From positions 1,544,042 through 1,608,041 of the forward strand of contig JAUHWR010000001.1 in NCBI GenBank assembly GCA_030427385.1: a stretch of 64,000 nucleotides of DNA. The letters run 5' to 3'. The translations under genes and the position numbers were made by a program. Numbering within the stretch: position 1 is the stretch's first letter; the number at the start of each line of letters is the position of its first letter. Under the pieces are notes generated by a model. That model made no database searches. It saw nothing but the letters and a program-made list of their open reading frames with translations, and was not told where the DNA came from. This stretch comes from Alphaproteobacteria bacterium (GTDB taxonomy: Bacteria; Pseudomonadota; Alphaproteobacteria; Micavibrionales; Micavibrionaceae). Below are positions 1-9,707 of this stretch, piece after piece.

Positions 1-88
1 CATAGGGGGTCATCTGATTATCTTGGGCGTAAGTCGCGCTAAACGGCAATAGAAATGTAAATGCAGTGGTGAGGAGGAGTTTTTTCAT
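1..88 (-). CDS. 5' end of a secreted or periplasmic protein; partial, runs off the left edge
   Basis: The reverse strand from ATG (86-88) reads MKKLLLTTAFTFLLPFSATYAQDNQMTPY, a Sec-type signal peptide. An AAGGA SD lies about 10 nt upstream. Only 29 codons are visible. Confidence 0.35.
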   Translation of the reverse strand, partial: MKKLLLTTAFTFLLPFSATYAQDNQMTPY

Positions 89-162
89 TTGAGAATAGTC
101 CTTATTGAAATTTATACTCCTTTTAATCTACGCCAAGATAAAGATCTTTCAAGAGCGGATTG

Positions 163-1251
163 TCATGTACCTAAATCAAAATTTGCATCAGGGATGAATG
201 TTTCCAAAATGGTTGTTTCGTCATTGCCTATTCTCAGCTCAACCTGACGCGGCACATGACGCGAGCATAAACTTGTGAAAGCGACAGATAAATCTTCGCG
301 CGCCTTTAGGATTTTATCTTTAAAACTGACTTCCGACGAAACGGGATCAAATAATAGGGTTACGTTATCGTCATTAAAGATAGCGCCTGCCTTGTATTTC
401 ATAAAATTGATCATTATCAGACCCGCGCGATCCGCGTATTTTTCACGCTGGATTCCGCCGCCGCCAATACAGGAATGGTCGCCATCAAAGGGAATAATCG
501 TATGGTCAATATCATAATGCGGAGGGAATTCCATTTCCAAATGTTTATACAGTCCGCGCGTTTCATCTTTGGCAATAATCTCCGTACAAGAGCGCGTGCC
601 GCGCGGCAATTTAGAATTATGAAGTTCGAGCGGGCTTTGCGCCTGCGCGGCGTTATTGAACGGCTCAAAGGCTGTATTATTTACAAATGAGGCCACGGGA
701 TCAAAAGCAAATAAATGAAATTCAGGTTGCCGCGTTAAGCTGTTTTCGGCGCGGAAGGCCTCCATGTCATATGCTGATGGCTTTGAATGAGAGAGGTAAA
801 TCTCTTCATAAATCTGTTTTACAACGGACATTTTTTCCGCGCATGTTAGCGCTTCCTTGTCCTGTTGCTTTGCAAGCTTTGTAAAATCAATTATTCCGGC
901 CTTATGAAGCATCTTTTCCAAGACTAAGCCAATCACAAAGCCTCTACTGAAACCAACAATCGATACTTTAGGTGCAACTTCAGTCTGTTCGTTAGCAAAA
1001 TCACAAACATCTATATAGGATTGAAATAAAAGATCATGCGCGCCATATCCCCGCACTTGTGACATTGTTCTATGAAGAATTGTTCGTCCGGAAGATCCTA
1101 TACCGGGATAATAAATCGGGCGTTGTATGCCATCAGACTCATTTTCAATACTAGCCAAAGATTCATAAATCTTTCGACAATTCGATTTTGTATGTTCTTC
1201 CGCATGACGTCCTGTGCCGTCAAACAGAAGAATAAGATGAGCCTCCACCAT
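163..1251 (-). CDS. DUF2235-family alpha/beta hydrolase (Tle1-like phospholipase fold)
   Basis: Three family motifs in the expected order: N-terminal LILLFDGTGRH, then IYYPGIGSS, then the nucleophile-elbow-like GFSRGF. Confidence 0.7.
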   Translation of the reverse strand: MVEAHLILLFDGTGRHAEEHTKSNCRKIYESLASIENESDGIQRPIYYPGIGSSGRTILHRTMSQVRGYGAHDLLFQSYIDVCDFANEQTEVAPKVSIVGFSRGFVIGLVLEKMLHKAGIIDFTKLAKQQDKEALTCAEKMSVVKQIYEEIYLSHSKPSAYDMEAFRAENSLTRQPEFHLFAFDPVASFVNNTAFEPFNNAAQAQSPLELHNSKLPRGTRSCTEIIAKDETRGLYKHLEMEFPPHYDIDHTIIPFDGDHSCIGGGGIQREKYADRAGLIMINFMKYKAGAIFNDDNVTLLFDPVSSEVSFKDKILKAREDLSVAFTSLCSRHVPRQVELRIGNDETTILETFIPDANFDLGT

Positions 1252-1326
1252 CTTATGCCCTCTTTAAGATTAAATCTCGCAAACCTTATGACAGAGTATG
1301 ATCGATTCGTCTATATAAAAACGCCC

Positions 1327-3711
1327 TTAATTACGTAATGGCTTACCTTTTTCCAACATATGTTCAATACGCTCTAAGGTACCTTTATTATGCAGCAGGG
1401 CCATGAACTGATCGCGTTCCAGTTTCAGCAGATCATCTTCGGATATTGGCGTTGTCCAATCGGCCTTTTCACCGCCGGATAAGACTTTTGCCAAATGATC
1501 CGACACGACAATGTCATAATCCGTGGCTTTGCCGTTTTTGTGCAGATCAGATACCGCAAGGTTCAATGCCATTTTCCCGCTCTCACCCGGCAGTCGGATA
1601 TCAGTGCGTTTTTCAGGCGCCTGATAACCTTTTGCCATTTCTAAAGCGCGCTTTTTGGCATCATATAATAAGCGATCACGATTCATGGTGATCCCATCCG
1701 AATCACGGAAATATCCTATTTTTTGCGCCTCCGGGGCGGATTTGGCAACCGTTGCCACACCGATTAACTCAAATGCCTTGCGCACTGCGCCCATTGGGGT
1801 GGTATCAGGGGAAAACCATTGCGGATTATGCTGCGCCTTTTCACGTTCTTGAAAGCGCAATATCATTTCCTTGCAACCGCCCCAGCCAGGGATCACACCG
1901 ACCCCAACCTCGACTAAACCGCAATAAGTTTCTGAATGCGCCTGCACCGCATCAGCGTTTAGCAAAATCTCACAGCCGCCGCCAAAGGCAAAGCCACTCG
2001 GGGCGGAAACCACGGGAAAAGGCGCGAATTTAAGGCCGGTAAATATTTTCTGGCCGCGATCAATAAAGTCCTGCACTTGCGCCCACATGGCAATATTCAC
2101 CGAGAACAACGCTAAACCAAGATTAGCGCCGGCGGAAAAGTGCGAGCCTTCATTGTAAATCACGAGCCCCTTATAAGCGCTATCTTCTTTGCTCATCATT
2201 TTGGTTGTTTGTTCCAAGAGCTCAAAAATTTGCTCATCGAATGTATTCATTTTTGAATGCTTCTCAAAGCACAGAATCTGATCACCTATATCCCATACGG
2301 ATGCGGATTTGTTTGATAAGACCGGTTCTGAATTAAGCTTGATATCAGAAAGAAGCAGCACACCCTTCGGGCGTTCGACTTTATGATACTTACCGTCCGT
2401 GCCGAAATAATGCTGCGCGCCGTCAATCACCTTATAGAAGGTGCCGTCACCAACTTGCTGCAACAATTCGGGAATATCATATCCTTCTGCTGCAAGTTGA
2501 TCTGCGAACCATTTCGGGCCGAGCGCATCTATCATCTCGAATGGGCCCATCTTCCAATTACAGCCTAAATGCATCGCCTCATCAGCGCGAAAAACCGTAT
2601 CTGTTATTTCCGGCACCAAGGATGCAGCATAATGCAGTGTACGGCTTAGTACTTTCCATGCATATTGACCGCCGATATCATCGCTTTCGACAACGGCGCG
2701 CAAACCGGATCGGCCTGCATCTACGCTATCAAGCTTTGGTTTATCGGCGTCATGATATTGATCCTCAGAAAACTTATCTGCATGTAATGACAGCGCCTGT
2801 TTTTGTTTCTTACCTTTAGAAGCATCCGGATCCAGACGGTAAAACCCGCCCTTCCCTTTTCGTCCTGTATATCCTGCCTCTATCATTTGATGAATTACGG
2901 GATGATCGATATAAATCTTACGGTAGGCATCCTCCTTAGGCAGGGTCGATAACAAGCTTTCCGCCAAGTGCGGCATCAAATCAATCCCAATCAAATCAAG
3001 TAGACCAAAAACAGCGGTTTTTGGGATACCCACAGGCTTTCCCATTACAGCATCGGCGACCTCTATCGGAACATTATCTTTTATAGCAACATTAATCGCA
3101 TTTGTTAGGCAGAAAACAAGTAAACGATTGGCAATAAAGCCGGGCGTATCATTACATGGAACAACGCCCTTACCCAATTTCACATCGCAAAATTTAGTGA
3201 TTTCCTGCGCAGCATTTTTGCGCGTTTTATCGCCTGTCACAATTTCCATTAGGCGCATATAACGCGGCGGGTTGAAAAAGTGCGTGATTAAAAAATCTTC
3301 TTGAAACGCCGCGTCAAACCCCTTCGTTAGCAACTCCAAGGGGATCGTTGACGTGTTAGAAGAAACAATAGAACCTTTTTTGCGGTGCTTATTTATTTTC
3401 TCATATGTTGCATGTTTAATTTTTAAATCTTCCAGCACAACTTCAACAATCCAGTCACAATCGGCGATCAGGTTCATGTCATCCTCTAAATTACCAGGGG
3501 TAATTAATTTTGCATTGGATGGCAACATAAACGGCGCGGGATCTGCCTTTAGCATTTTCTGAATTGCGCCCTTAGCAATGGCGGAACGATCATCAGCATT
3601 TTTGGGAACGATATCCAACAATACCACAGGAATTCCCGCATTGGTGATTTGCGCGGCAATCCCGCTCCCCATTAATCCTGCGCCAATTACAGCTACTTTT
3701 TTGATGGTCAT
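1327..3711 (-). CDS. Fused 3-hydroxyacyl-CoA dehydrogenase / enoyl-CoA hydratase (FadN/FadB-type beta-oxidation enzyme)
   Basis: N-terminal Rossmann motif VAVIGAGLMGSGIAAQ. The C-terminal half has crotonase motifs (HFSAGANLG, FAFGGGCEILL). 794 aa, typical of the dehydrogenase-first fusion. Confidence 0.85.
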   Translation of the reverse strand: MTIKKVAVIGAGLMGSGIAAQITNAGIPVVLLDIVPKNADDRSAIAKGAIQKMLKADPAPFMLPSNAKLITPGNLEDDMNLIADCDWIVEVVLEDLKIKHATYEKINKHRKKGSIVSSNTSTIPLELLTKGFDAAFQEDFLITHFFNPPRYMRLMEIVTGDKTRKNAAQEITKFCDVKLGKGVVPCNDTPGFIANRLLVFCLTNAINVAIKDNVPIEVADAVMGKPVGIPKTAVFGLLDLIGIDLMPHLAESLLSTLPKEDAYRKIYIDHPVIHQMIEAGYTGRKGKGGFYRLDPDASKGKKQKQALSLHADKFSEDQYHDADKPKLDSVDAGRSGLRAVVESDDIGGQYAWKVLSRTLHYAASLVPEITDTVFRADEAMHLGCNWKMGPFEMIDALGPKWFADQLAAEGYDIPELLQQVGDGTFYKVIDGAQHYFGTDGKYHKVERPKGVLLLSDIKLNSEPVLSNKSASVWDIGDQILCFEKHSKMNTFDEQIFELLEQTTKMMSKEDSAYKGLVIYNEGSHFSAGANLGLALFSVNIAMWAQVQDFIDRGQKIFTGLKFAPFPVVSAPSGFAFGGGCEILLNADAVQAHSETYCGLVEVGVGVIPGWGGCKEMILRFQEREKAQHNPQWFSPDTTPMGAVRKAFELIGVATVAKSAPEAQKIGYFRDSDGITMNRDRLLYDAKKRALEMAKGYQAPEKRTDIRLPGESGKMALNLAVSDLHKNGKATDYDIVVSDHLAKVLSGGEKADWTTPISEDDLLKLERDQFMALLHNKGTLERIEHMLEKGKPLRN

Positions 3712-3766
3712 ATAAAGAACTCCTGCGTTTATCTGATTATAAATATAGCATAAAAATAGTTAACTT

Positions 3767-5944
3767 CTAACGCCCCTTTGCCCGCTCCACAGAAACGATC
3801 TCCGGTGTGGCACGTAAAGCCGCAATAATATTATGAAGATGCTTCGTATCCTGTACATAGACATCAAGCAGCATATCCCAGAAATCCAGCGAGCGATTGA
3901 CGATTTTTAGATTGGTGATATTACCGCCGCTTTTCCCGATCACGGTTGAAAGCGTGCCCAGCGCGCCGGTTGTATGAGAGAGCGTAATCTCCAACCGTCC
4001 GACATGGCTTTCCGCGCCTTCATCCTCATCACCCCATGATACATCAAGCCAGCGCTCTGGCGTATCGGCGAAAGTTTCCAGTGTTTCGCAATCAATCGTA
4101 TGGACGGTTACCCCCTTCCCGGTTGTCACAATCCCCACGATCCGATCCCCCGGCAACGGGTGACAACAACGTGCAAAATGCACGGCCATACCGGGGATAA
4201 GCCCCTTAATCGGCATAGGGCGCGATGATTTATCGGCAATTCTGGCGCCCGCATTGGCGACTTGCTCCAACGCCTCCCGCGCGCTCTGCGCTTGTTTAAA
4301 TTGCTCGGTTTGATGTCCCGGAAAAATGCTGCGGAAAACTTCACGGGCAACAATTAAACCAGATCCGATCTTTGCATAGACGTCGTCAATCTCCTCTGCC
4401 TTGTATTTTTCCATGACATTGGCAACGGCTTTTTCGGTAAATTCATAATCTTCGGCGCGGAATATTTTCTGCAGCATTGCTTTGCCAAGGATAATATATT
4501 CATCACGCTGTTGCTGGCGAATAAATTTGCGAATATGGGACCGCGCCTTGCCCGATGCCACAAAACGCTCCCAAGTGGGTGACGGGGTCTGGTTTTTGGC
4601 GGTGATGATATCGATCTGGTCACCATTTTGTATTTTGGTATTCAACGGCGCAATCCGCCCGTTAATTTTCGCACCAACACATTTATTCCCCACATCAGAA
4701 TGCACCGCATATGCAAAATCCACAGGGGTCGAACCCGTTGGCAATTCGATCAGATCGCCTTTCGGGCTAAAGACATAGACATGTTCTTGAAATAATTCCA
4801 GCTTCGTATTTTCAAGGAAATCTTCCGGTTTTTGTTCCTGATCCAGAATTTCAAGCAATTCGCGTAGCCAGCGATAATGGGTGGCATCCTTTTGATTGGC
4901 GCGCTTTTGACCGTCTTTATATGACCAATGCGCGGCAACGCCCAGTTCGGCTTCTTGGTGCATGGAATGAGTGCGGATTTGAATCTCAATCCGGTGGCGC
5001 ATCGGGCCGATAATCGTAGTGTGAATTGAGCGATAGCCATTCGGTTTCGGGGTCGAGATGTAATCCTTAAACCGTCCCGGAACAGTTGGAAATTCAGAAT
5101 GAATCACGCCAAGTGCATGATAACATTCACCGACATCCTCCACCTCGATACGAAATGCCATGATATCGGATAGCTGCTCGAAAGATACATTTTTACGCTG
5201 CATCTTTTTCCAAATGGAATAGCGTGTTTTCTCGCGGCCTGAAATTGACGGATTAAGATCATTTTTTTTGAAAATCAGCTTTAATTCCGCGATAATTTTA
5301 TCAACGGTGCCTGCCTCTTCCTTTCGCAGAAACATCAGACGGTTTGTGATGCTCTCCCGCGCTTCCGCGTTCAAATATGAAAAGGCAAGGTCTTCCAATT
5401 CCTCTTTAATGTTATGCGTGCCGATGCGTTCCGCCAGAGGGGCGTAGATTTCAAGTGTTTCACGCGCAATGCGCTTTTGCTTTTCCGGTTTATTGAAGTG
5501 ATGAAGCGTGCGCATATTATGCAAGCGATCCGCAAGCTTTACGAGTAGAACCCGAATATCTTCAGACATTGCCACAAGTAGTTTGCGGAAATTTTCGGCC
5601 TGCTTACCTTCAACGGTCTGGCTTTCGATTTTGTTTAGCTTACTGACCCCATTAACCAGCTCGGCAACTTCGGGACTAAATTTGGTTTTAAGATCATCAT
5701 ATGTGACCTCGGTATCTTCCAATGTATCGTGCAAAACTGCGGTTTGCAGCGTCGCCGTATCCATTTTCATTTCTGCCAGAATTTTGGCGACTTCTACGGG
5801 ATGGGTATAATATGGCTCACCGGAGGCTCTTGTTTGCCCGTCATGGGCTTGTTTGGCAAATTCAATAGCAGAATCCAACGCGACCAGATCTATGTCCGCG
5901 TTAAAAGCTTTCCATGTTTTGATGTCTTCGATTTCGTCAGGCAT
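3767..5944 (-). CDS. spoT: Bifunctional (p)ppGpp synthetase/hydrolase (RelA/SpoT homologue, Rsh)
   Basis: HD hydrolase motifs (YYTHPVEVA, HDTLEDT), synthetase motif RFKDYISTPKPNGYRSIHT, and TGS and ACT-like C-terminal regions. Lies immediately downstream of rpoZ, the conserved arrangement. Confidence 0.95.
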   Translation of the reverse strand: MPDEIEDIKTWKAFNADIDLVALDSAIEFAKQAHDGQTRASGEPYYTHPVEVAKILAEMKMDTATLQTAVLHDTLEDTEVTYDDLKTKFSPEVAELVNGVSKLNKIESQTVEGKQAENFRKLLVAMSEDIRVLLVKLADRLHNMRTLHHFNKPEKQKRIARETLEIYAPLAERIGTHNIKEELEDLAFSYLNAEARESITNRLMFLRKEEAGTVDKIIAELKLIFKKNDLNPSISGREKTRYSIWKKMQRKNVSFEQLSDIMAFRIEVEDVGECYHALGVIHSEFPTVPGRFKDYISTPKPNGYRSIHTTIIGPMRHRIEIQIRTHSMHQEAELGVAAHWSYKDGQKRANQKDATHYRWLRELLEILDQEQKPEDFLENTKLELFQEHVYVFSPKGDLIELPTGSTPVDFAYAVHSDVGNKCVGAKINGRIAPLNTKIQNGDQIDIITAKNQTPSPTWERFVASGKARSHIRKFIRQQQRDEYIILGKAMLQKIFRAEDYEFTEKAVANVMEKYKAEEIDDVYAKIGSGLIVAREVFRSIFPGHQTEQFKQAQSAREALEQVANAGARIADKSSRPMPIKGLIPGMAVHFARCCHPLPGDRIVGIVTTGKGVTVHTIDCETLETFADTPERWLDVSWGDEDEGAESHVGRLEITLSHTTGALGTLSTVIGKSGGNITNLKIVNRSLDFWDMLLDVYVQDTKHLHNIIAALRATPEIVSVERAKGR

Positions 5945-6028
5945 ATATTATAAAGGTACTCTAAAGAATTTAGAGTACCAGAATAATCGTTAATTTTCTA
6001 AGAAATTTGTTGAAAATACTGAATAAGA

Positions 6029-6439
6029 TTAAGCGTCGTCTTCAACTTCGCCGGCGACATCTTCTAAACCGGGGGCGTCATCTTCATTGTCAGCATCATC
6101 TGCGGCATCGGAGTCATCTGCCATATCTTCCAGAGCAGGCGCGCCCGCCATTTTTGCCCATTCTTCTTCGCCGTCCATCAAATCAATGACGGAATCATCT
6201 TCATCATCATTTTCAACGATTTTTTGATGGGTCTGGATTAATTCTTCCTTCATGACAGGAACAGATACAGTTTCTTCGGCAATTTCGCGCAGAGCCACAA
6301 CAGGATTTTTATCATTATCGCGCTCAATCGTCAGGGCCGCACCAGAGCCGATTTTACGAGCGCGTTGCGCCGCAACCATAACCAGTTCAAAACGGTTTTC
6401 GACTTTATCTACACAATCTTCGACAGTTACGCGTGCCAT
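6029..6439 (-). CDS. rpoZ: DNA-directed RNA polymerase subunit omega with a long acidic C-terminal tail
   Basis: [30 protein letters not shown] is the canonical omega N-terminus. I moved the start from the ORF-track 6499 to the ATG at 6437-6439, which has a GAAGGA SD. The tail is rich in D/E ([14 protein letters not shown]). Confidence 0.9.
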   Translation of the reverse strand: MARVTVEDCVDKVENRFELVMVAAQRARKIGSGAALTIERDNDKNPVVALREIAEETVSVPVMKEELIQTHQKIVENDDEDDSVIDLMDGEEEWAKMAGAPALEDMADDSDAADDADNEDDAPGLEDVAGEVEDDA

Positions 6440-6507
6440 GGAATATCCTTCTTTTAATCTTGAAATAAGAGTTTTATAGTCTCGGTAGCAAAAGATCAAG
6501 TTTTTTC

Positions 6508-7290
6508 ATGGATATGAGTAAAAATAAGCCACCCCAAAACATCCTTATTTCCGGCGCCAGTAGCGGAATAGGCGCAGCGCTGGCGTTAGCTTATGCCAAA
6601 AAAGGGGTAACTTTGGGTTTAATCGGCAGGAACCAAGAGCGGCTTAATGCTATTGCGGGGCAATGCATAGTTCAAGGCGCAACCGCCTTAAGTTTACAAT
6701 CAGATATCCGCGATTATGAGGCAATTACTAAGTGGGCGCATGAATTCGACGAAGCGCATCCGGTCGATCTTATTATTTCAAATGCCGGAATATCCGCCGG
6801 AACAGGCAAAACTCAACAGAGCGAGCCCCTATCCGCAATACAAGACATATTCGATATTAATGTTATCGCCGCCATCCATTTCGGACAATGCCTATATGAG
6901 AAGATGGCAGCCCGCGGATATGGACAAATCGCTTTTACAGGCTCCATTGCCGGATTTCAGGGATGGCCGGGCGCGCCCGCCTATACCGCTTCGAAAGCAG
7001 CGATACATACCTATGCCGAAGCATTAAGATTGCTCAGCGCGCCGCATCACATAAAAGTCAATATTATTGCCCCCGGCTTTGTCAAAACCAATATGACAGA
7101 TCAAAATGATTTTCCGATGCCTTTTCAGCTATCTGCGGAATCGGCAGCCAAAAGAATCATGGGCGGCCTCACAAAAAATAAACGTTATATTATTTTTCCA
7201 CGGCGCATGTACTTGATTTCGTTTATTTCACGTATTTTACCTGAATTTTTATTACTACAGATTGCAAAACGTGTTTCCGGAAAAAAATAA
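6508..7290 (+). CDS. Short-chain dehydrogenase/reductase (SDR) family oxidoreductase
   Basis: Cofactor motif ISGASSGIGAALA, NAG motif, and catalytic YTASKAA (YxxxK). Confidence 0.85.
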   Translation: MDMSKNKPPQNILISGASSGIGAALALAYAKKGVTLGLIGRNQERLNAIAGQCIVQGATALSLQSDIRDYEAITKWAHEFDEAHPVDLIISNAGISAGTGKTQQSEPLSAIQDIFDINVIAAIHFGQCLYEKMAARGYGQIAFTGSIAGFQGWPGAPAYTASKAAIHTYAEALRLLSAPHHIKVNIIAPGFVKTNMTDQNDFPMPFQLSAESAAKRIMGGLTKNKRYIIFPRRMYLISFISRILPEFLLLQIAKRVSGKK

Positions 7291-7404
7291 TTATAGTTTT
7301 TTGTAAAATTATAGTTTTATTGAAATAATATTTCGATTATCTTTAAAAAAGAGGTGATTTGAAATAAAGTTACCCATGTAACCCCTAACCAGATTATTTC
7401 TGAT

Positions 7405-7701
7405 ATGACTATTTTTGAAAACCATCAGAGCCTGAAGAGAGTAACAACACTTTTGAAAGCTGTCGCAAATGAGAAGCGTTTAAAAATTCTTTGCGTATTA
7501 AGTAATGGTGAAAAAAGTGTGGGCACGTTAGAAACATTAATCGATCTGAGCCAATCAGCTTTATCACAACATTTGGCGCGCCTAAGACGTGATGAAATTG
7601 TTGAGACCCGGCGTGATGCGCAAACTATTTATTATTCAATTGCAGATCAAAATGTCATTAATTTAGTAGAGCATGCCTGTCGGTTGGTTAAAACAGTTTA
7701 A
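7405..7701 (+). CDS. ArsR/SmtB-family winged-helix transcriptional regulator
   Basis: 98 aa. LKAVANEKRLKILCVL...SVGTLETLIDLSQSALSQHLARLRRDEIV...YYSI matches the ArsR HTH core. Confidence 0.85.
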   Translation: MTIFENHQSLKRVTTLLKAVANEKRLKILCVLSNGEKSVGTLETLIDLSQSALSQHLARLRRDEIVETRRDAQTIYYSIADQNVINLVEHACRLVKTV

Positions 7702-7705
7702 AATA

Positions 7706-8839
7706 TTAAGAAACCAACAGCTCTTCATATACATCTAATGTCCGCTCCATCATTAACTCTTTTGAGAAATGATGCGCGGCATTTGCCATGCCTTTGGTTG
7801 ACATGATCGCCCGATCTTTGGGGGACATGGCCAATACTTTTTCAATTGCTTGGGCGAGCTCTTTTGCACTGCCGGGCCTTACAAGATATCCTGTCTCTCC
7901 CGGAATAATCGTTTCACGCGCACCGCCGTGATTTGTGGCAATGATCGGGCATCCCATTGCTTGTGCCTCCACCGGGACACGCCCGAACCCTTCCGGATCT
8001 ATTGATGCGGACACCACAATATCCGCCATCATGTAAGCCGCCGGCATATCATCACAATGATCAATAGTGCGTACACGTTCCCCCAGATTTTTGGATGTAA
8101 TCAATGTCTCCAATTCGCGGCGATATTCCCGTCTGCCTTGATCTGAACCGATCATTACACAATAGATATCTTTATCCCGTACAAGTGAAATTGCCTCAAT
8201 TAAAACATGATGCCCCTTCCATCTGGTCAGGCGCCCCGGCATTAAAATAATGCGCCCGCCTTCCGGTATCCTCCATAGCTTCAAAAGATCAATCATCGTT
8301 TTGGGGCCAAGCATTTTGGGATGGAATTTTTCAATCTGAATACCACGGGGAATGATACGTAAACGGTCATCCCCCACCGCATAATATTTGCGTAGATAAT
8401 CAGCAACATAATGCGAGATAGCAATCACACGCTCGCCCTGTGCCATCACGCTATTATATTTTTTTTTCACATCCCCATTAAAATTATACGGCGCATGGCA
8501 CGTGGTCATAAAATGCGTTTTTGTGCCCCGACATGCTTTTATACAGCTCCATGCGGGGGCGCGGCTGCGTGCATGGACGATGCTAACCTCTTCTTTTTTT
8601 ATAATTCTTTTTAAACGCGCCGCATTGCGCATAATTGTCAGGGGGTTTTTGGAATGCACAGGCATGTCAATATGTTCGGCGCCAAATCTGGACAGCTCCG
8701 ATACGCGATGCCCTCCATTTGAGACGATAATCGCGCGGGCGCCGCTTTTAACAAGTGTTTCTGCAACGTCAATACATCCCTGCTCTGCGCCGCCGGCACC
8801 AAGTTCTGGAATGACCTGCATAATTACGGGTTTTTTCAT
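7706..8839 (-). CDS. Glycosyltransferase, GT-B fold (GT4 family)
   Basis: N-terminal PELGAGGAE motif and C-terminal EGFGRVPVEAQAMGCPIIATNHGGARE (the E-x7-E region). The ORF-track start at 8848 is a GTG; the ATG at 8837-8839 (MKKPVIMQV) is preferred. Confidence 0.8.
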   Translation of the reverse strand: MKKPVIMQVIPELGAGGAEQGCIDVAETLVKSGARAIIVSNGGHRVSELSRFGAEHIDMPVHSKNPLTIMRNAARLKRIIKKEEVSIVHARSRAPAWSCIKACRGTKTHFMTTCHAPYNFNGDVKKKYNSVMAQGERVIAISHYVADYLRKYYAVGDDRLRIIPRGIQIEKFHPKMLGPKTMIDLLKLWRIPEGGRIILMPGRLTRWKGHHVLIEAISLVRDKDIYCVMIGSDQGRREYRRELETLITSKNLGERVRTIDHCDDMPAAYMMADIVVSASIDPEGFGRVPVEAQAMGCPIIATNHGGARETIIPGETGYLVRPGSAKELAQAIEKVLAMSPKDRAIMSTKGMANAAHHFSKELMMERTLDVYEELLVS

Positions 8840-8866
8840 GTGAAACACACCAACATAGGTAAGATA

Positions 8867-9253
8867 CTATCTTCTTTTATATTCAAACTTCTTTTTACCG
8901 CCATCACGTTCACGACCCAAGCCACCCTTTTTAGATTTAGGTGCGAACTTACTGGCGCTTAAAGAGGACATTGCCCGTATAACAATAACAAAGAAAAGTA
9001 TGGTTGCCCCAAGGATTAAAGCAATTACCAGTGCCGGGAGAGATAGAACAGGCACCACATATTGCACCCACTTTTCTTCACCAATCTGGTCAAACGCATA
9101 TTTATGAGTATCCGGAGAGTAATGTTCCCATAGCCAACCAAGATCAGTAAATTTAAAGCCTTCATCCTGATTCTCGTAATAGACATAAAGATCATATCCC
9201 ACTGCGGCGAATGCCGGAATGAGTAATAAGAAAATTAATAGCCCTTTATTCAT
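8867..9253 (-). CDS. Small membrane protein of unknown function (two predicted TM helices, basic C-terminal tail)
   Basis: Hydrophobic segments LLIFLLLIPAFAAVG and LPALVIALILGATILFFVIVI, then a K/R-rich tail. Sits 18 bp upstream of the GT4 gene on the same strand. Confidence 0.5.
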   Translation of the reverse strand: MNKGLLIFLLLIPAFAAVGYDLYVYYENQDEGFKFTDLGWLWEHYSPDTHKYAFDQIGEEKWVQYVVPVLSLPALVIALILGATILFFVIVIRAMSSLSASKFAPKSKKGGLGRERDGGKKKFEYKRR

Positions 9254-9344
9254 GATATATCCGTTTTTTTATTTGACTTATAATTTATCAGGGAAAATCC
9301 AGATCGCCAATGCTATTTATTAAATCTTATAATTAAGAGAAGTC

Positions 9345-9373
9345 TTGCGCTTTTTATTTTATATTTGTATGGT
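9345..9373 (+). promoter_or_regulatory. Possible sigma70-type promoter for tRNA-Ser
   Basis: TTGCGC (9345-9350), a 17-nt spacer, then TATGGT (9368-9373), ending 14 nt before the tRNA 5' end. Pattern match only. Confidence 0.3.
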
Positions 9374-9387
9374 CTGAAAAATTAAAA

Positions 9388-9478
9388 GGTGTCGTGGCCG
9401 AGTGGCTGAAGGCGCACGCTTGGAAAGCGTGTTTACGTTAATCGCGTAACGTGGGTTCGAATCCCACCGACACCGCCA
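9388..9478 (+). tRNA. tRNA-Ser (anticodon GGA), class II with a long variable arm and an encoded CCA
   Basis: Acceptor GGTGTCG/CGACACC. Anticodon stem CACGC/GCGTG with loop TTGGAAA. T-arm GTGGG-TTCGAAT-CCCAC. Long variable arm, discriminator G, then CCA. Confidence 0.9.
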
Positions 9479-9707
9479 TTTGATATCAAATTATCGTTTA
9501 AAATCAATAGAATCTGTCTTGTTATTTTGATCTCTGTTCTCGGTTGTGTGTTACAAACTGTGATACAAAATTACCAAAAGAGTTCCCTCCTACCTCTATC
9601 TTCGGGAACGGGAAATCGATGAAAAACTAGAGATTGATTATCCAAATGACGGAATTTCCTCTTTTGTACATAGACGTTAAAAGTGTGTGTCATTATACTG
9701 ATTTGCG

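Noticed and set aside
6440-6499. The 20-codon N-terminal extension of rpoZ in the ORF track ([20 protein letters not shown]).
   Set aside because: Canonical omega starts at MARVTVEDC, and a GAAGGA SD precedes that ATG. The extension has no support.
9479-9707. A possible integrase attachment site or mobile-element remnant just downstream of tRNA-Ser.
   Set aside because: No integrase or transposase ORF is present, and I found no inverted or direct repeats by eye. I kept only a low-interest note that the accessory block starts here.
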